Positions 49,935-62,026 of a stretch of DNA of 64,000 nucleotides are shown in pieces. A program made the translations under genes and the position numbers. Source of the DNA: Malacoraja senta (lineage: Eukaryota); contig CM075987.1 in NCBI GenBank assembly GCA_038087875.1, positions 25,174,001-25,238,000 on the forward strand, in the 5' to 3' direction. The notes beneath the pieces were generated by a model. The model was not told the DNA's origin. It made no database searches and saw only the letters and a list, made by a program, of their open reading frames with translations. The stretch's first letter is position 1, and each line of letters opens with the position of its first letter.

Positions 49935-50380
49935 TAGATGGACACAAAATGCCACAGTAACTTAGTGGGTCAGGTAGCATCTCTGGAGAGAAGGAATGGA
50001 TGACGTTTCGTGTAGAGACCCTTCTTCAGTCCCAGAGTCAGGGGAGAGGGAAACTAGAGGTATGAAAAGGTTCAGAACGAATCAGAGACATTACCGATGA
50101 CCAAGGAAAGGCAGAGCCCACAATGGTCCATTGTTGGCTGTGGAAGAAGCGATAACCAAGGGACGTCTGGATGCAAACAGCGAAACTAGCAGGACGACTG
50201 TGGTGGGGAGCGATGGAGAGAGAGGGAATGCAAGGGTTACTTGAAATTAGATATTCATAATCAATCAATATTCAGACCATTAGTTTGTAAGCTGCCCAAG
50301 CAAAATATGAGGTGCTGTTCCTCCAATATTTGTGTGGCCTCACTCTGACAGTGGAGGAGGCCCAGGACAGGAAAGGTCAG
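49935..50380 (-). mobile_element. PLE 3' end with GIY-YIG remnant
   Basis: Reverse strand reads LEEQHLIFCLGSLQTNGLNID, followed by the pLTR. Confidence 0.8.
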
Positions 50381-50752
50381 GAGTTAAAATCATAGACTTT
50401 CGTAGTGAACCAGCCCTACAGCCCACTGAGTCCACGTTGACCATCGATCACCTGTTCACATCCCATTGCCTCATTCACTCCCCGACAGCCAGCGTTAATT
50501 TACAGCGGCCAATTCACCGACGAATACACACATGGAAGGAAGCGTGGAAACCCATGTGGTCACAGGGCGAACGTGCAAACTCCACACAGACAGTACCGGA
50601 GATCAGGATTGAACCCGGGTCTCTGGTGCAATGAGACAGCGACTCTACCATTTGCGCCACTGTGCTGCCCCCTTAAGTCTGAGTTTGATTGTTAAAATGA
50701 ATAACTTGACTCTTTTAATGGAAGGAGGAAAATAGCTCGAGGTTGAATGTAA

Positions 50753-51248
50753 AGGGCCTGTCCCACGAGCATGCGACTGCATGCGGCTAGCACGACCTAA
50801 CGTGGTCGTGCTAGCCGCGCGGCCTCGCGGGGCCAGTCCCACTTCGATCGCCAGAGCTGCATGGAGTTGTGCGGAGCTGGTCCCGACACCGCGCGGGCTC
50901 CGAAAAACTGACTGTGTTCAAAAATTCCGCGCGGCAACGGCCTGCCGGCCCGCAGCCGCATGGAGGCCGCACGCACCGCCTTGACGCCGTACGCAGCGTC
51001 TTGACGGCGTACGCCTAGCGCGTGGCGTTGCACGATGACGTCACCGCCCGGCGTGCCGTTGCGTGATGACGTACCGCCCGACGCCGTGCGATGTCCAAAT
51101 TCAGTCGGGCCGCCTCCTGCCCAGCTCCGCACAACTCCAGACGCCTCCGCAGTTGGAAGTGGGACCGGCCCCGCGAGGCCGTACACCTCAAGCCACCACG
51201 TTTGGTCGCGCTAGACGCATGCAATCGCATGCTGGTGGGACAGGCCCT
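50753..51248. mobile_element. PIF/Harbinger-type MITE with nested TIRs
   Basis: TAA TSD on both sides; inverted arms of about 130 bp. Confidence 0.92.
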
Positions 51249-51444
51249 TAAGACAGCTGCATAAAGGCAACAAAATGGATGACACCACCTTACCGACTAA
51301 GGACACACTTTCTCCTGTCATTTAATACGTACATTCAATAGACTTTACTGACAATTACATCTGAATAATATGTTGTCGAAGTGGATGCTTGATTTATATT
51401 GTTCTGAATGAATATAAAAAGTAAAGCTGTATATTAAAATAATA

Positions 51445-51870
51445 TAGCATGAAAAGAGGCCCTTCGGCCCAACTTGTCCATGCCGACCGAGATGGCCCCA
51501 TCTATGCTCATCCCACCTGCCTGCATTTGGCCCATATCCTTCTTAACCTATCCTATCTACATACCTGTTCAGATGCCTTAATTATTATAGCCCCTGCCTC
51601 AATTACCTGGTCTGGCAGCTTGTTCCATGTACCCATCTATCTCTGAATGAAACCCTCAGGTTCCCATTAAATCGTGCTCTTCTCGCCTTAAACATATGGT
51701 TCTTGATTTCTCCACTCTGTGCGTAAAAATCTGTGCGTTCACCCTCTCTAATCCAGTCATGGTTTTGTACACCTCGATATAGAGTCACCCATCGGCCTTC
51801 TGCGCTCCAAGGAATACAGTCCTGGCCTGCCCAACATCTCCCAAGAGCTCAGGCCTTGGCTGACTCCTGG
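51445..51870 (-). mobile_element. Diverged CR1 3' end
   Basis: ggcccttcggcccaacttgtccatgccgacc tail; colinear with 45245-45620. Confidence 0.7.
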
Positions 51871-51888
51871 CAACGTATATCTTCCCTG

Positions 51889-52074
51889 GTAGACAAAAAT
51901 GCCGGAGAAACTCAGCGGGTGCAGCAGCATCTATGGAGCGAAGGAAATAGGCAACGTTTCGGCCCGAAACGTTGCCTATTTCCTTCGCTCCATAGATGCT
52001 GCCTCACCCGCTGAGTTTCTCCAGCATTGTTGTCTACCTTCGATTTTCCAGCATCTGCAGTTCCTTCTTAAACA
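51889..52074. mobile_element. Palindromic PLE pLTR insert, subfamily B
   Basis: Centre gcaacgtttcggcccgaaacgttgc; TSD gtatatc(t/c)tccctg at 51875-51888 and 52075-52088. Confidence 0.88.
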
Positions 52075-52825
52075 GTATATCCTCCCTGCACTATTTCAGG
52101 CTTAATGGCAGGAGTTGGATGGATTTTGTTTTTATTTCATTTCCATTGTGTCGGATAAGCAGCAGATGTTTGTGAATTATTTTTTTAGCAGTGCTTCAAG
52201 TCCTGAATGTTTTCTAATTTACAAGCCTATTTTGAAAGGTCACATCTTCAATCGCGCGAGGGATGATGATCTGATTTTGTGCAGTTGTACAACTGCAGTA
52301 AAATTTCTCTTTCAATACGTGTTTTTAAAATATCAAAGGCAGGCAAATAAATCTTTGATCACCCAGTTGAAAAACATGCGAGCAGTTACAGCAGATGTAA
52401 ATTTTTGGAAATATTCCATATTAACCTTATTTACAATTTTTTCGATGATTGTGCAGTGGTTTAAGTGTAGGTGACAATCATTACCTCGGATACATAAATA
52501 AATGGCATGTTCTTGATATATTCATCTATTTGAATATTTTAACTCACAGCTCGAGCTCGAAAGAGAAAATTGAAAAAATATCAATGTTATTTTGTTCTTT
52601 AAAGAATCATGAACCATTTTTAACAACCTACTCAATTCAGCATCTATGGAGATTTTATGTTGGCTTATTAGGTCACTGTACATAATTAAAATTGTACAGT
52701 TTGTCTAATTCACGCATGGAACATATTTGTCAAATAAACCAGAATTTATCATCCATCCCTAATTCTTGTAGGCTGCCGCAGAGGCTCTTAAAAGGTAACC
52801 TACATTTGTGCATCTGGACATCTGG

Positions 52826-53560
52826 CAGAGTTGCTGCCTTGCAGCGCTTGTAGCCCGGGTTCGATCCCGACCACGGGTGCTGTCTGTACGGAGTTTGTAC
52901 GTTTTTCACGTGACCTGCGTGGGTTTTCTCCGAGATCTTCGGTTTCCTCCCACACTCCAAAGACGTGCAGGTTTGTAGGTTGGCTTGGTGTAAGTGTAAG
53001 TTGTCCCTAGTGTGTGTAGGATAGTGTTAATTTGCGGGGGTCGCTGGTCGGCGCAGACTCTGTGGGTCGAGGGGCCTGTTTCTGCGCTGTATCTCTAAAC
53101 GGAAGTAAATGAAACTCCGTACATTAACACTATTCTACGCACACCAGGGACAATTTACAATGTTTTACCAAGCCAATTAACCTACAAACCTGTACATCTT
53201 TGGAGTGTGGGAGGAGGCCAGAGCATCTCGAGAGAACCCACGCAGGTCACGGGGACAACGTACAAACTCCGTACAGACACCACCCGTAGTCAAGATCAGA
53301 GTTGCTACCTTGCAGCGCCAGGGACCCAGGTTCAATCCTGACTACTGGGTGCTGTCTGTACGGAGTTTGAACGTTCTCCCCGTGACCCGCGTGGGCTTTC
53401 TCCGGGATGTCCAGTTTTTTCCCCACACTCCAAAGACGTACAGGTTTGTAGGTTAATTGGCTTGGTTAAATTGTCTCTCGTGTGTGTAGGATAGTGTTAG
53501 TGTGCGGGGATCGCTGGTCGGTGTGGACTGTTTCCACGCTGAGTCTGCAAATTAAAACCA
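52826..53560. mobile_element. Three adjacent V-SINEs in alternating orientation (+,-,+)
   Basis: 52826-53105, 53115-53297, 53298-53560. Confidence 0.8.
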
Positions 53561-53692
53561 AACAAATGTGTTGGAATGGGATTGTCATTGCAAACATCGA
53601 CTCAATGGGCTGAAGGGCCGCCTATGTTGCAAGAAAATATGTAATTGCTTGATTTTTGCATTCTTGTGTTGCATATCAGCGGCAATGTGTTC

Positions 53693-53746
53693 GGGGTGGG
53701 AGATTGCAACCTTCACGTGGTCCGCCCTGTTTCGACGAATGCAATC
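53693..53746 (+). ncRNA. Minimal HDV/CPEB3-like self-cleaving ribozyme, all helices intact
   Basis: P1 GGGGUGG/CCGCCCU (G1.U wobble), P2 GAUUGCA/UGCAAUC, P3 ACC/GGU, L3 UUCACGU, J1/4 GU, catalytic C53736 then GAA. Confidence 0.85.
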
Positions 53747-53833
53747 AACCTGGCGTGCACAATCAAATAAGGTCAAATAGAACAAGTTGTCCTGCAACTT
53801 TAGGCTGTGCACGCCATACGCAAGAAGAAGAAG
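53693..53833 (+). mobile_element. 141-bp ribozyme-headed short retroelement, copy 2
   Basis: gcaatgt direct repeat at 53682-53688 and 53833-53839; (GAA)n tail. Confidence 0.9.
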
Positions 53834-54879
53834 CAATGTCCATTTCATCAGTTTAGGTCCTCGTAAAGTCAGCTAGTGCTCCCATTGCATCACGTCCTAG
53901 TTCCTGATCAACTTCAAACATTATCCCTGCATACACGGGGTCCAGGTCATTAATGAAATTAATTTGATGTGAACTGTACCTGTTTTTCCACGGACTATGC
54001 AAATTAATGCAAGGAAACCTTTTTGGAATCGAACCAGTATGTTGAATCCTCTCAAACATATTCTGCAGGTAATGGAGTTTTCATTCGCAATAAATGACCC
54101 AGAGTGATTAAATTCAATCCACATTCCACCGTGTTACATTTTTTGAAGCTCTAATCTCAAATTAACATGGGCAAGTGTGTAATTTGTTTCACTGTCAGTG
54201 CGGAGTCCCTGTTAATCACATCACTTGCCTATTTCTCATGTTGTTGTGTATTTTATTTATGACAAATAATGATGTATTTTATCAAACCAACATTGAATGC
54301 TCTTGCATTCTCATTGAGTGGATAATGCAAATCGGAGTGCTTTTGGCTATTGCATATTTTTAATTATCAGAAGTGAGTGGAAAGCAGAAAACCCATCCGG
54401 AAATTTCTCCCTTCAGCTGTTTTCTATCAGAATTATGCATTGCCTTGGACTTGTTCTTCCAAAGTCAGTGGGGATAACAAACAGTGTGTGTGAATTAAAA
54501 AAAAAATAGCCTGACAACTTTGAGCGAATGCATTATAGATCTATTCTTCAAGGGCACGGTATTGAATTGGGGTAAATCCCTTTTTGGAAAGATTTTCCAA
54601 GGATCTGTCAATATTGGTTCATGTGACTTTTTATGCTCTGCATGATGTGTTTGTGGTAACGATGCAACTCTTGTATTGTAAGTGTTTTAACTGAATGATG
54701 TGCATCAATAATATCCCTGTCAACAATATAACGTTGCACAATACTGATCCAATATTTTACACAATGAAACGTTACTGTCAAATCAATCTTCAAGAGTTTT
54801 ACAATGTTGTATTTTATCGGGATTTGCTCCTCGGTTATAGATGTAGTAACACTCTGATAATCTGATGCCCTTGTCTTTT

Positions 54880-55196
54880 TTTAGTTTAGTCGAGTTTCGA
54901 GATACAGCGCGGAAAGAGGGCCCTTCGGCCCACCGAGTCCACGCCGACCAGCGATCCCCGCACACTAACGCTATCCTACACACACTAGGGACAATTTACA
55001 TTTATACCAAGCCAATTCACCTACAAACCTGGAGTGTGGGGGGGAAACCGAAGATCTCGGAGAAAACCCACGGCAGGTCACGGGGAGAACGTACGAACTC
55101 CGTACAGACAGCACCTGTGGTCAGGATTGAACCCAGGTCTCTGGCGTGCAAACGCTGTAAGGCAGCAACTCTACCCCTGCGCCACCGTGGCCGCCC
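54880..55196 (-). mobile_element. V-SINE
   Basis: Full-length reverse copy. Confidence 0.85.
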
Positions 55197-55354
55197 CTTC
55201 TTGGCATGTTTTCCAAACCATTGGATTTAGCTGCTATTGATTCACCGGGGAAGTTTAAAATGTGTGTTAATCCTACTCCCCTGTTCAATCCCTATATTCC
55301 TACACGTCTCTGCAACAAATAATCTCTCATCGGTGCACGATACTGTCGTGTGCG

Positions 55355-55815
55355 GAACTTTTACGAGAATGATGCCAGGATTGATTGGGTTAACATGTGA
55401 CAAGCATTTGAAGGCACTGGGCCTGTATTCGCTGGAGTTTAGAATGATGAGGGAGGACCGCATTGAAACTTGCCAAATCATAAAAGGCCTGGATAGAGTG
55501 GATGTGGAGAGGATGTTTCTACTAGTGGGAGAGTCTAGCACCAGAGTCTCAGCATTAAAACACGTTCCTTTAGTAAGGAGATGAGGAGGAATTTCTTTAG
55601 CCAGGATTTGTGAATCAGTGAATTCATTGCCAAAAACGGCTGTGGAGGCCTTCAGTGGATATTTTTACGGAGGGGATTGATAGATTCTTGATTAGTACGG
55701 GTGTCTATGAGGAGAATGTGGTTGAGTGGGAAAGATAGAACAGTCATGATTGAAAGGCGGAGTAGACTTGATGGGATGAATGGTCTAATTCTGCTCCTAG
55801 AACTGATGAACTTGC
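55355..55815 (+). mobile_element. CR1 LINE 3' end
   Basis: FTRMMPGLIGLTCDKHLKALGLYSLEFRMMR.. Confidence 0.85.
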
Positions 55816-56769
55816 ATTGTAACCTCATATATGTGTGGACAGCCCTTTCCATGGCCACTGCTCTGGCACATCAATGCTGGATGGGTAGGTGGGTTGGGGG
55901 GGGTGGGGGGGGGGTATAGGAGTGATGTGGATGTTGAAAGCAAAATGGATATGGAGCCCCAATGATTTCAAAGGAAGCTCGGGATCATAGACTGGGTGAG
56001 TTTAAAGTGAGCCTTGAAAGAGAGATATAATGTGTTAAAAGGCTGTTCAATAACAATAACGATAATGAGATTAAAAGGAACATCAGACCAGAACCCCCGT
56101 CACTTTAAATGTAGCATGGAATGGGTTTGAAGGAGGTTTTGAATACAGATCCAGGTAAGCCAGAAAAAAAATCACCATTATTTCTGAACAATTAGAGTCA
56201 AGTCAGGTTTATTCGTCACATATACACATACGAGATGTGCAGTGAAATGAAAAGTGGCAATGCTCGCAGACTTTGTGCCAAAAAAAACACACAAAAAACA
56301 AACAAACTACAAACAGAATGGAAGAATGGAATCACATATTCTTTTACATATTAAATATGGTGGGGGGAAGGAAAAAGCGGGAAAAACAGAGGAAAAAAAA
56401 CAGCGATTTTTAAAAAAAACAGTAGAGTAAAAAACAGCTAGCAGTTTATTGGAGTTTTACTTTAAACCTCTTTATATTTGGGGCATTTGTGCATCAGACA
56501 ATATCAAAGCAACTATTACATTTACAGTGGCAATGTGGAAGCATGTAAAATGGACCTGACCAAATCTGTGTGTAGGAAGGAACTGCAGATGCTGGTGGAA
56601 ATCGAAGATGGACACATTGTCCCCAGTGTGTAGGATAGTGGGACCGCTGGTCACTGTGGTCACTATGGACTCAGAGGGCCGAAGGACCTGTTTCTGCATT
56701 GTATCTCTAAACTAAACTAAACCAAAAGATTCTGAACATCTATTCTTTCAATACTTCTCATACTTTTAC

Positions 56770-57140
56770 AAGCATCTTTTGGATGATCTCTCATGCTCTC
56801 ATTTCAGTGAGAACAGACCAGCCTATGCAACCTCTCCTTAAAATGACATTATCCTCCATTCTCGGTATCATCCTGGTGATTTTTTCTTGCATTCTTTCCA
56901 CTGCTATTTCATCCTCCCTGTAGTGTGGCAATGGGAACTGGACACAATACTCTAACTGCAGTCCAAGCAATGTTTTCCACAGCTGCAATATGACATCCAA
57001 ACTTTAATATTCAAAGCCACGGGCTATGAAGGCAAGCATACCAAATGACTCTCATTATCCTATTCACCATGATAAGAGAAATATGGGTTTGCACCCAGTT
57101 TCCTCAGTTTAGCAATGCTCTCAAGGCCCCCGCCCAGTAG
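56770..57140 (-). mobile_element. Old CR1 ORF2 fragment
   Basis: VILQLWKTLLGLQLEYCVQF..ERMQEKITRMIP. Confidence 0.7.
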
Positions 57141-57144
57141 AGAG

Positions 57145-57172
57145 TGTATGTGTGTGTGTGTTTGTATATATA

Positions 57173-57231
<59 letters not shown>

Positions 57232-57599
57232 CGTGTTTATGTGTATGCATATATATGTGTGTGTGAGTGTGTATATGTGCGTGTTTATGTGCATGTGTAT
57301 GTGTGTGTGTATATGTGTGAGTATATGTGCGTGTTTATGTGTGTGTATGTGTGTGTGTGTATATGTGTGAGTATATGTGTGTGTTTATGTGTATATATGT
57401 GTGTGTGTGTATATATGTGTTTGTGTGTGTGTATTTGTGTGTGTGTGTGTGTGTATATATGTGTGTGTGTGTATATATGTGTGTGTGTGTATATATGTGT
57501 GTGTGTGTGTATTTGTGTGTGTTTGTGCATGTGTGTATATATGTGTGTGTGTGTATATATGTGTGTGTGTGTGTATATATATGTGTGTGTGTGTGTATT

Positions 57600-57630
<31 letters not shown>

Positions 57631-57935
57631 GTGTGTGTGTGTATATATATGTGTGTGTGTATTTGTGTGTGCGTGTGTGTGTGTATATATGTGTGTGTGT
57701 GTATATATATGTGTGTGTGTGTGTATTTGTGTGTGTGTGTGCGTGTGTGTATATATGTGTGTGTGTGTATATATGTGTGTGTGTGTATATATGTGTGTGT
57801 GTGTATATATGTGTGTGTGTATTTGTGTGTGTGTGCGTGTGTGTATATATGTGTGTGTGTATATATGTGTGTGTGTGTATGTATGTGTACGTGAGTGAGT
57901 GTGTGTGTGTATATGTGCGTGTATATGTACACACA
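57145..57935. repeat. Compound (GT)n(AT)m minisatellite
   Basis: Units like gtgtgtgtgtgtatatat. Confidence 0.96.
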
Positions 57936-58344
57936 TACACTGGAGCACACTATAACCAAGTACCATTCATTTCGATGGTTAGGCTGACTGCAAACAATGA
58001 AGAGGCATACAGTGATTGATGATGGTTTGCTGACATTTTAGATGAGGTTTAGAAGGGCGTATTATTGCGATGACCCTGACTGTCTCTGAGTGAATTGCGC
58101 CATCATGCTTTTATTTAGAAGAAAGAATTGACTTAAAAACCCCAGTGTGTCTAATGTCGACTTTCAGAATAAAACATCGAGTAATGACTTTGAAATGCTC
58201 GGGGAGGGATGGCCCCTGGGGGTGTTAATCCTGCCGTATTAACCTCGACTATCTCACTGTTGAGCATTAATCTCCTGAAACATGACCATGAGAACACACA
58301 AAAATAATAAGGAATTTAAAAATATGGTTTTAATTTTATTTGCT

Positions 58345-59160
58345 CATAAGTGATAGTAGCTGAATTAGGCCATTCGGCCCATCAAGTCTACTCCGCCATT
58401 CAATCGTGGCTGATCTATCTTTCCTTCTTCACCCCATTCTCCTGCCTTCCCCCCCATAACCCCTGACACCCGCACTAATCAAGAATCTATCTATCTCTGC
58501 CTTAAAAATATACACTGACTTGGCCTCCACAGCCTTCTGTGGCAATGAATTCCACAGATTCACCACCCTCTGACTAAAGAAATCTCTCCATCTCCTTCCT
58601 AAAGGAATGTCCTTTTATTCTGAGGCTATGACCTCTGGTCCTAGACTCCCCCACTAGTGGAAACAACTAGGTAACCAACATTTGTTGATCATGATAATAT
58701 TGGTGATCGGGACAAGGGAAGGCTTAGTTGGGCAGGGTGGTTTGAGGAGAGGTCAAGTTAACAAAAACAATATGTTCTATATTTTCTAGTGTACAGGGGA
58801 TTGACGTTCAGAGTGGGCGAAGGGCCTGTTTCTACACTCTTTTTTAAAACTTTTTAAAAACATCTTGTGTTAGAAGCATAGAAACTAGGTGCAGGAGTAG
58901 GCCGTTCGGCCCTTCGAGCGAGCAATTCGAGCCATTCAATATGATCATGGCTGATCATCTAAAATCAGTACCCCGTTCCTGCTTTTTCCCCACATCCCTT
59001 GATTCCATTAGCCCTAAGAGCTACATCTAACTCTCTCTTGAAAACTCCCAGTGAATCGGCCTCCACTGCCTTCTGTGGCAGAGAATTCCACAGATTCACA
59101 ACTCTCTGGGTGAAAACGTTTTTCCTCATCCCAGTCCTAAATGACCTTCCTCTTATTCTT
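58345..59160 (-). mobile_element. Two CR1 3' ends (58345-58665, 58880-59160)
   Basis: Same 3' motifs as the copies at 36130 and 41190. Confidence 0.85.
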
Positions 59161-59308
59161 TAATTATTGTTGTGACCTGGAACTCAAGCCAAATTATGTG
59201 ACAGAGGGGGAATCCATCATCTGGTGAATATGCTTGGATTGATATCTGAGGTACCTTGACTTGCATGACCAACGCAATAGGCCAAAAAGCCTTATCCTTT
59301 ATCATTTG

Positions 59309-59580
59309 GGGCGGCGGTAGACTTGCTGCCTTATGCCAGAGTCCCGGGTTCGATCCTGACTACGGGTGCTTGTCTGTACAGAGTTTGTACGTTTTCCTCG
59401 TGACCTGCGTGGGTTTTCTCCGAGATCTCCGGTTTCCTCCCACATTCCAAAGCCGTACAGGTTTGTAGGTTAATTGGCTTCGGTAAAAATGTAACGTGTC
59501 CCTAGTGCGTGTAGGATAGTGTTAGTATGCGGGTCGATGGGCTGAAGGTCCTTTTTCCACGCTATCTCTCTAAACGAAAA
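59309..59580 (+). mobile_element. V-SINE
   Basis: Head, V-domain, tail. Confidence 0.8.
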
Positions 59581-59944
59581 ATTAATTTTCCATGATTCCA
59601 TTCACATTCTATATATTGTAGTTTTTCACAACTGCTGTCGTCCAACTTTGGGTACTGCTACTCAAAAACTCCTGCCGTTGTAGGGATTTCTCTTGAGTGG
59701 AATTTTCCAGTGTTTGCTCGATATGAGCTTTGATGTCATCGTTCCCTCGAGTTTAAGAAGTGCTTGTGTCTGGCAAGACACAAAACCAGGGATTATTCCT
59801 TGATTCGTTGCAGCGTTGCGTGAAGTTTCTCTGATGCGTTCAATAGTGTGTGTGTTAGTGGTTTGTTCTCATCTGAGGCATCGGCTCCAATAGGGAACTG
59901 CATAATTTTCCATTCGGAAAAGATGAAGGCCATTCCTGTGGTGT

Positions 59945-61050
59945 AGAGGAAATTAAAGTGCGGAGTCGTGCATTTTGGTAGTAGGAATAAAGGCGTAGAT
60001 TGTTTTCTCAATGGGGAGAGAATCCAGAAATCGGAGGTGCTATGGGACTTGGGAGTGTATTTGCAAGTCAAATCAGTAGTAAGGAAGGCAAATGCATTGC
60101 CAGCATTTATTTCGAGAGGACTAGAATACAAAATCAGGGCTGTAATGCTGAGGCTTTATCAGGCGCTGGTCGGACCACATCTGGGGCGCTGTGAGTAAAT
60201 TTGGGACTCTTCTCTGAGTAAGGGTGTGCTGGCCCTGGAGTGGGTCCAGAGGAGATTGATGAGAATGATTCCAGGAATGAGCGGGTTAACCTATGAAGAG
60301 AGTTTGACGGCACTGCACCTCTACTCGCTGGAGTTTAGAAGGATGAAGGGGTACCTCATTGAAACTTACAGAATAGTGAAAGGCCTGGATAGAGTGGATG
60401 TGGAGAGGATGTTTCCACATCCACTCTGAATGGCGGAGTAGACTTGATGGGTGAGTCTAGGACCCGAGGGCATAGCCTCAGAATTAGACTTCCTTTAGGA
60501 AGGAGATGAAGAGGAATTGATTTATTCAGAGGGTGGTGAATCTGTGGAATTCATTGCCACAGAATGCTGTGGAGGCCAAGTCAATGGGTATTTTGAAGGC
60601 TGAAATGACAGATTCTTGATTAGAACAGGTGTCGAGGGTTACGGGGAGAATGCAGGAGTTAAGAGGATAAGATAGATCAGCCATGATTGAATGGCGGAGT
60701 AGACTTGATGGGCCGAATGGCCTAACTCTTCCCCTATCACTTATGAACTTATGAAAAGGCACCTGTGGAGTTCTCCCTGTAGAACTTATCAGGCAATAGT
60801 TTTTCACACAGAGGGTTGTGAATCTGTGGAATACTCTGCCTCAGAAGGCAGTGGAGGCCAATTCTCTGGATGCTTTCAAGAGAGAGTTGGATAGAGCTCT
60901 TAAAGATAGTGGAGTCAAGGGATATGGGGAAAAGGCAGGAACGGGGTACTGAGTGTGGATGATCAGCCATGATCACAGTGTATGGCGGTGCTGGCTCGAA
61001 GGGCCGAATAGCCTACTCCTGCAACTATTGTCTGTTGTCTATTGTCTATT
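59945..61050 (+). mobile_element. Two tandem CR1 remnants (59945-60755, 60790-61050)
   Basis: HFGSRNKGVDCFLNGERIQ..DLGV..KANALPAFISRGLEYK; in-frame stops and deletions. Confidence 0.9.
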
Positions 61051-61054
61051 GGTA

Positions 61055-61195
61055 ACAGAGGGGAAGAACCTATTCCCGAGACTGTTCTGTACCTTTTGCC
61101 AGGCGGTGGCTGGGAGAAGAAGGAATGACCAGGGTGGGACAAGTCTTTGATTAAGTTGGCTGCTTTTCTGAGGCAGCAGGAAGTGTGGATAGAGG
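61055..61195 (-). mobile_element. Rex1 ORF C-terminal remnant
   Basis: CLRKAANLIKDLSHPGHSFFSQPPPGKRYRT. Confidence 0.7.
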
Positions 61196-62026
61196 AATTA
61201 ATAACGAAGATTAAGGTGATGTCAGAGACATTAAACAAGCTGCATTAATTTCGGAGCCCAAGACAGTAGATCGATACCAAGAGGAACTCAAAGCTATTGA
61301 TAACACGAGCGAAAATACTGGGCAAATAATGGAACTGAAGGCTGACAAATCCCTTAGATCTGGGCTGTGATCTCGGTTTCAGCTGAGAAAACAGATGCAT
61401 TGGTTGTGAACCTGCTAAATTCTGGAAATAACTCAAGGCATTGGAAGACAGCAACCAGAACAGTTGGTGAAAGGAACGCATGAGAATGGGAAAGTCTGGT
61501 CTGCCTTGCCTAACATCCATCATTGGGATACGTGTAAAGGAGTTAATAACAGGATACTCAAAAAGTATTGCATGTTCAGACAGAATGTTTTGTTTAGTTC
61601 AGTTTAGCGACACAGCATGGAAACAGGCCCTTCGGCCCATCAAGTCCAGTCCGATCACCTGTTCACACTCGTTCTATGTTATCGCACTCTTGCAACCACT
61701 GCTGACACACTACAGGGCAATCTACAGAGGGCCAATTAACCCACAACCCCTCACGTCTTTGTAACCAGAGCACCCGGAGGAAACCCACGCGGTCACATGG
61801 AGAACATGCAGACTCCACACAGGCAGCATTGTTATGGTTGTTGTAAGAAAGGAAAATTGCACATTGATTTTTTTCTGGTAGAGTGGGTGTATGGGAAGCA
61901 GGTATTAGATTAGGCATTAGATTAAGTCTGATCCAAAAGCTAGCATGCAAAAGAAGGATTGATGGTATTGAAGGCTCAATATTTGCACTGTGCTTGTGCT
62001 GGTAATGAATAGAAAGCAAAGAGTCA

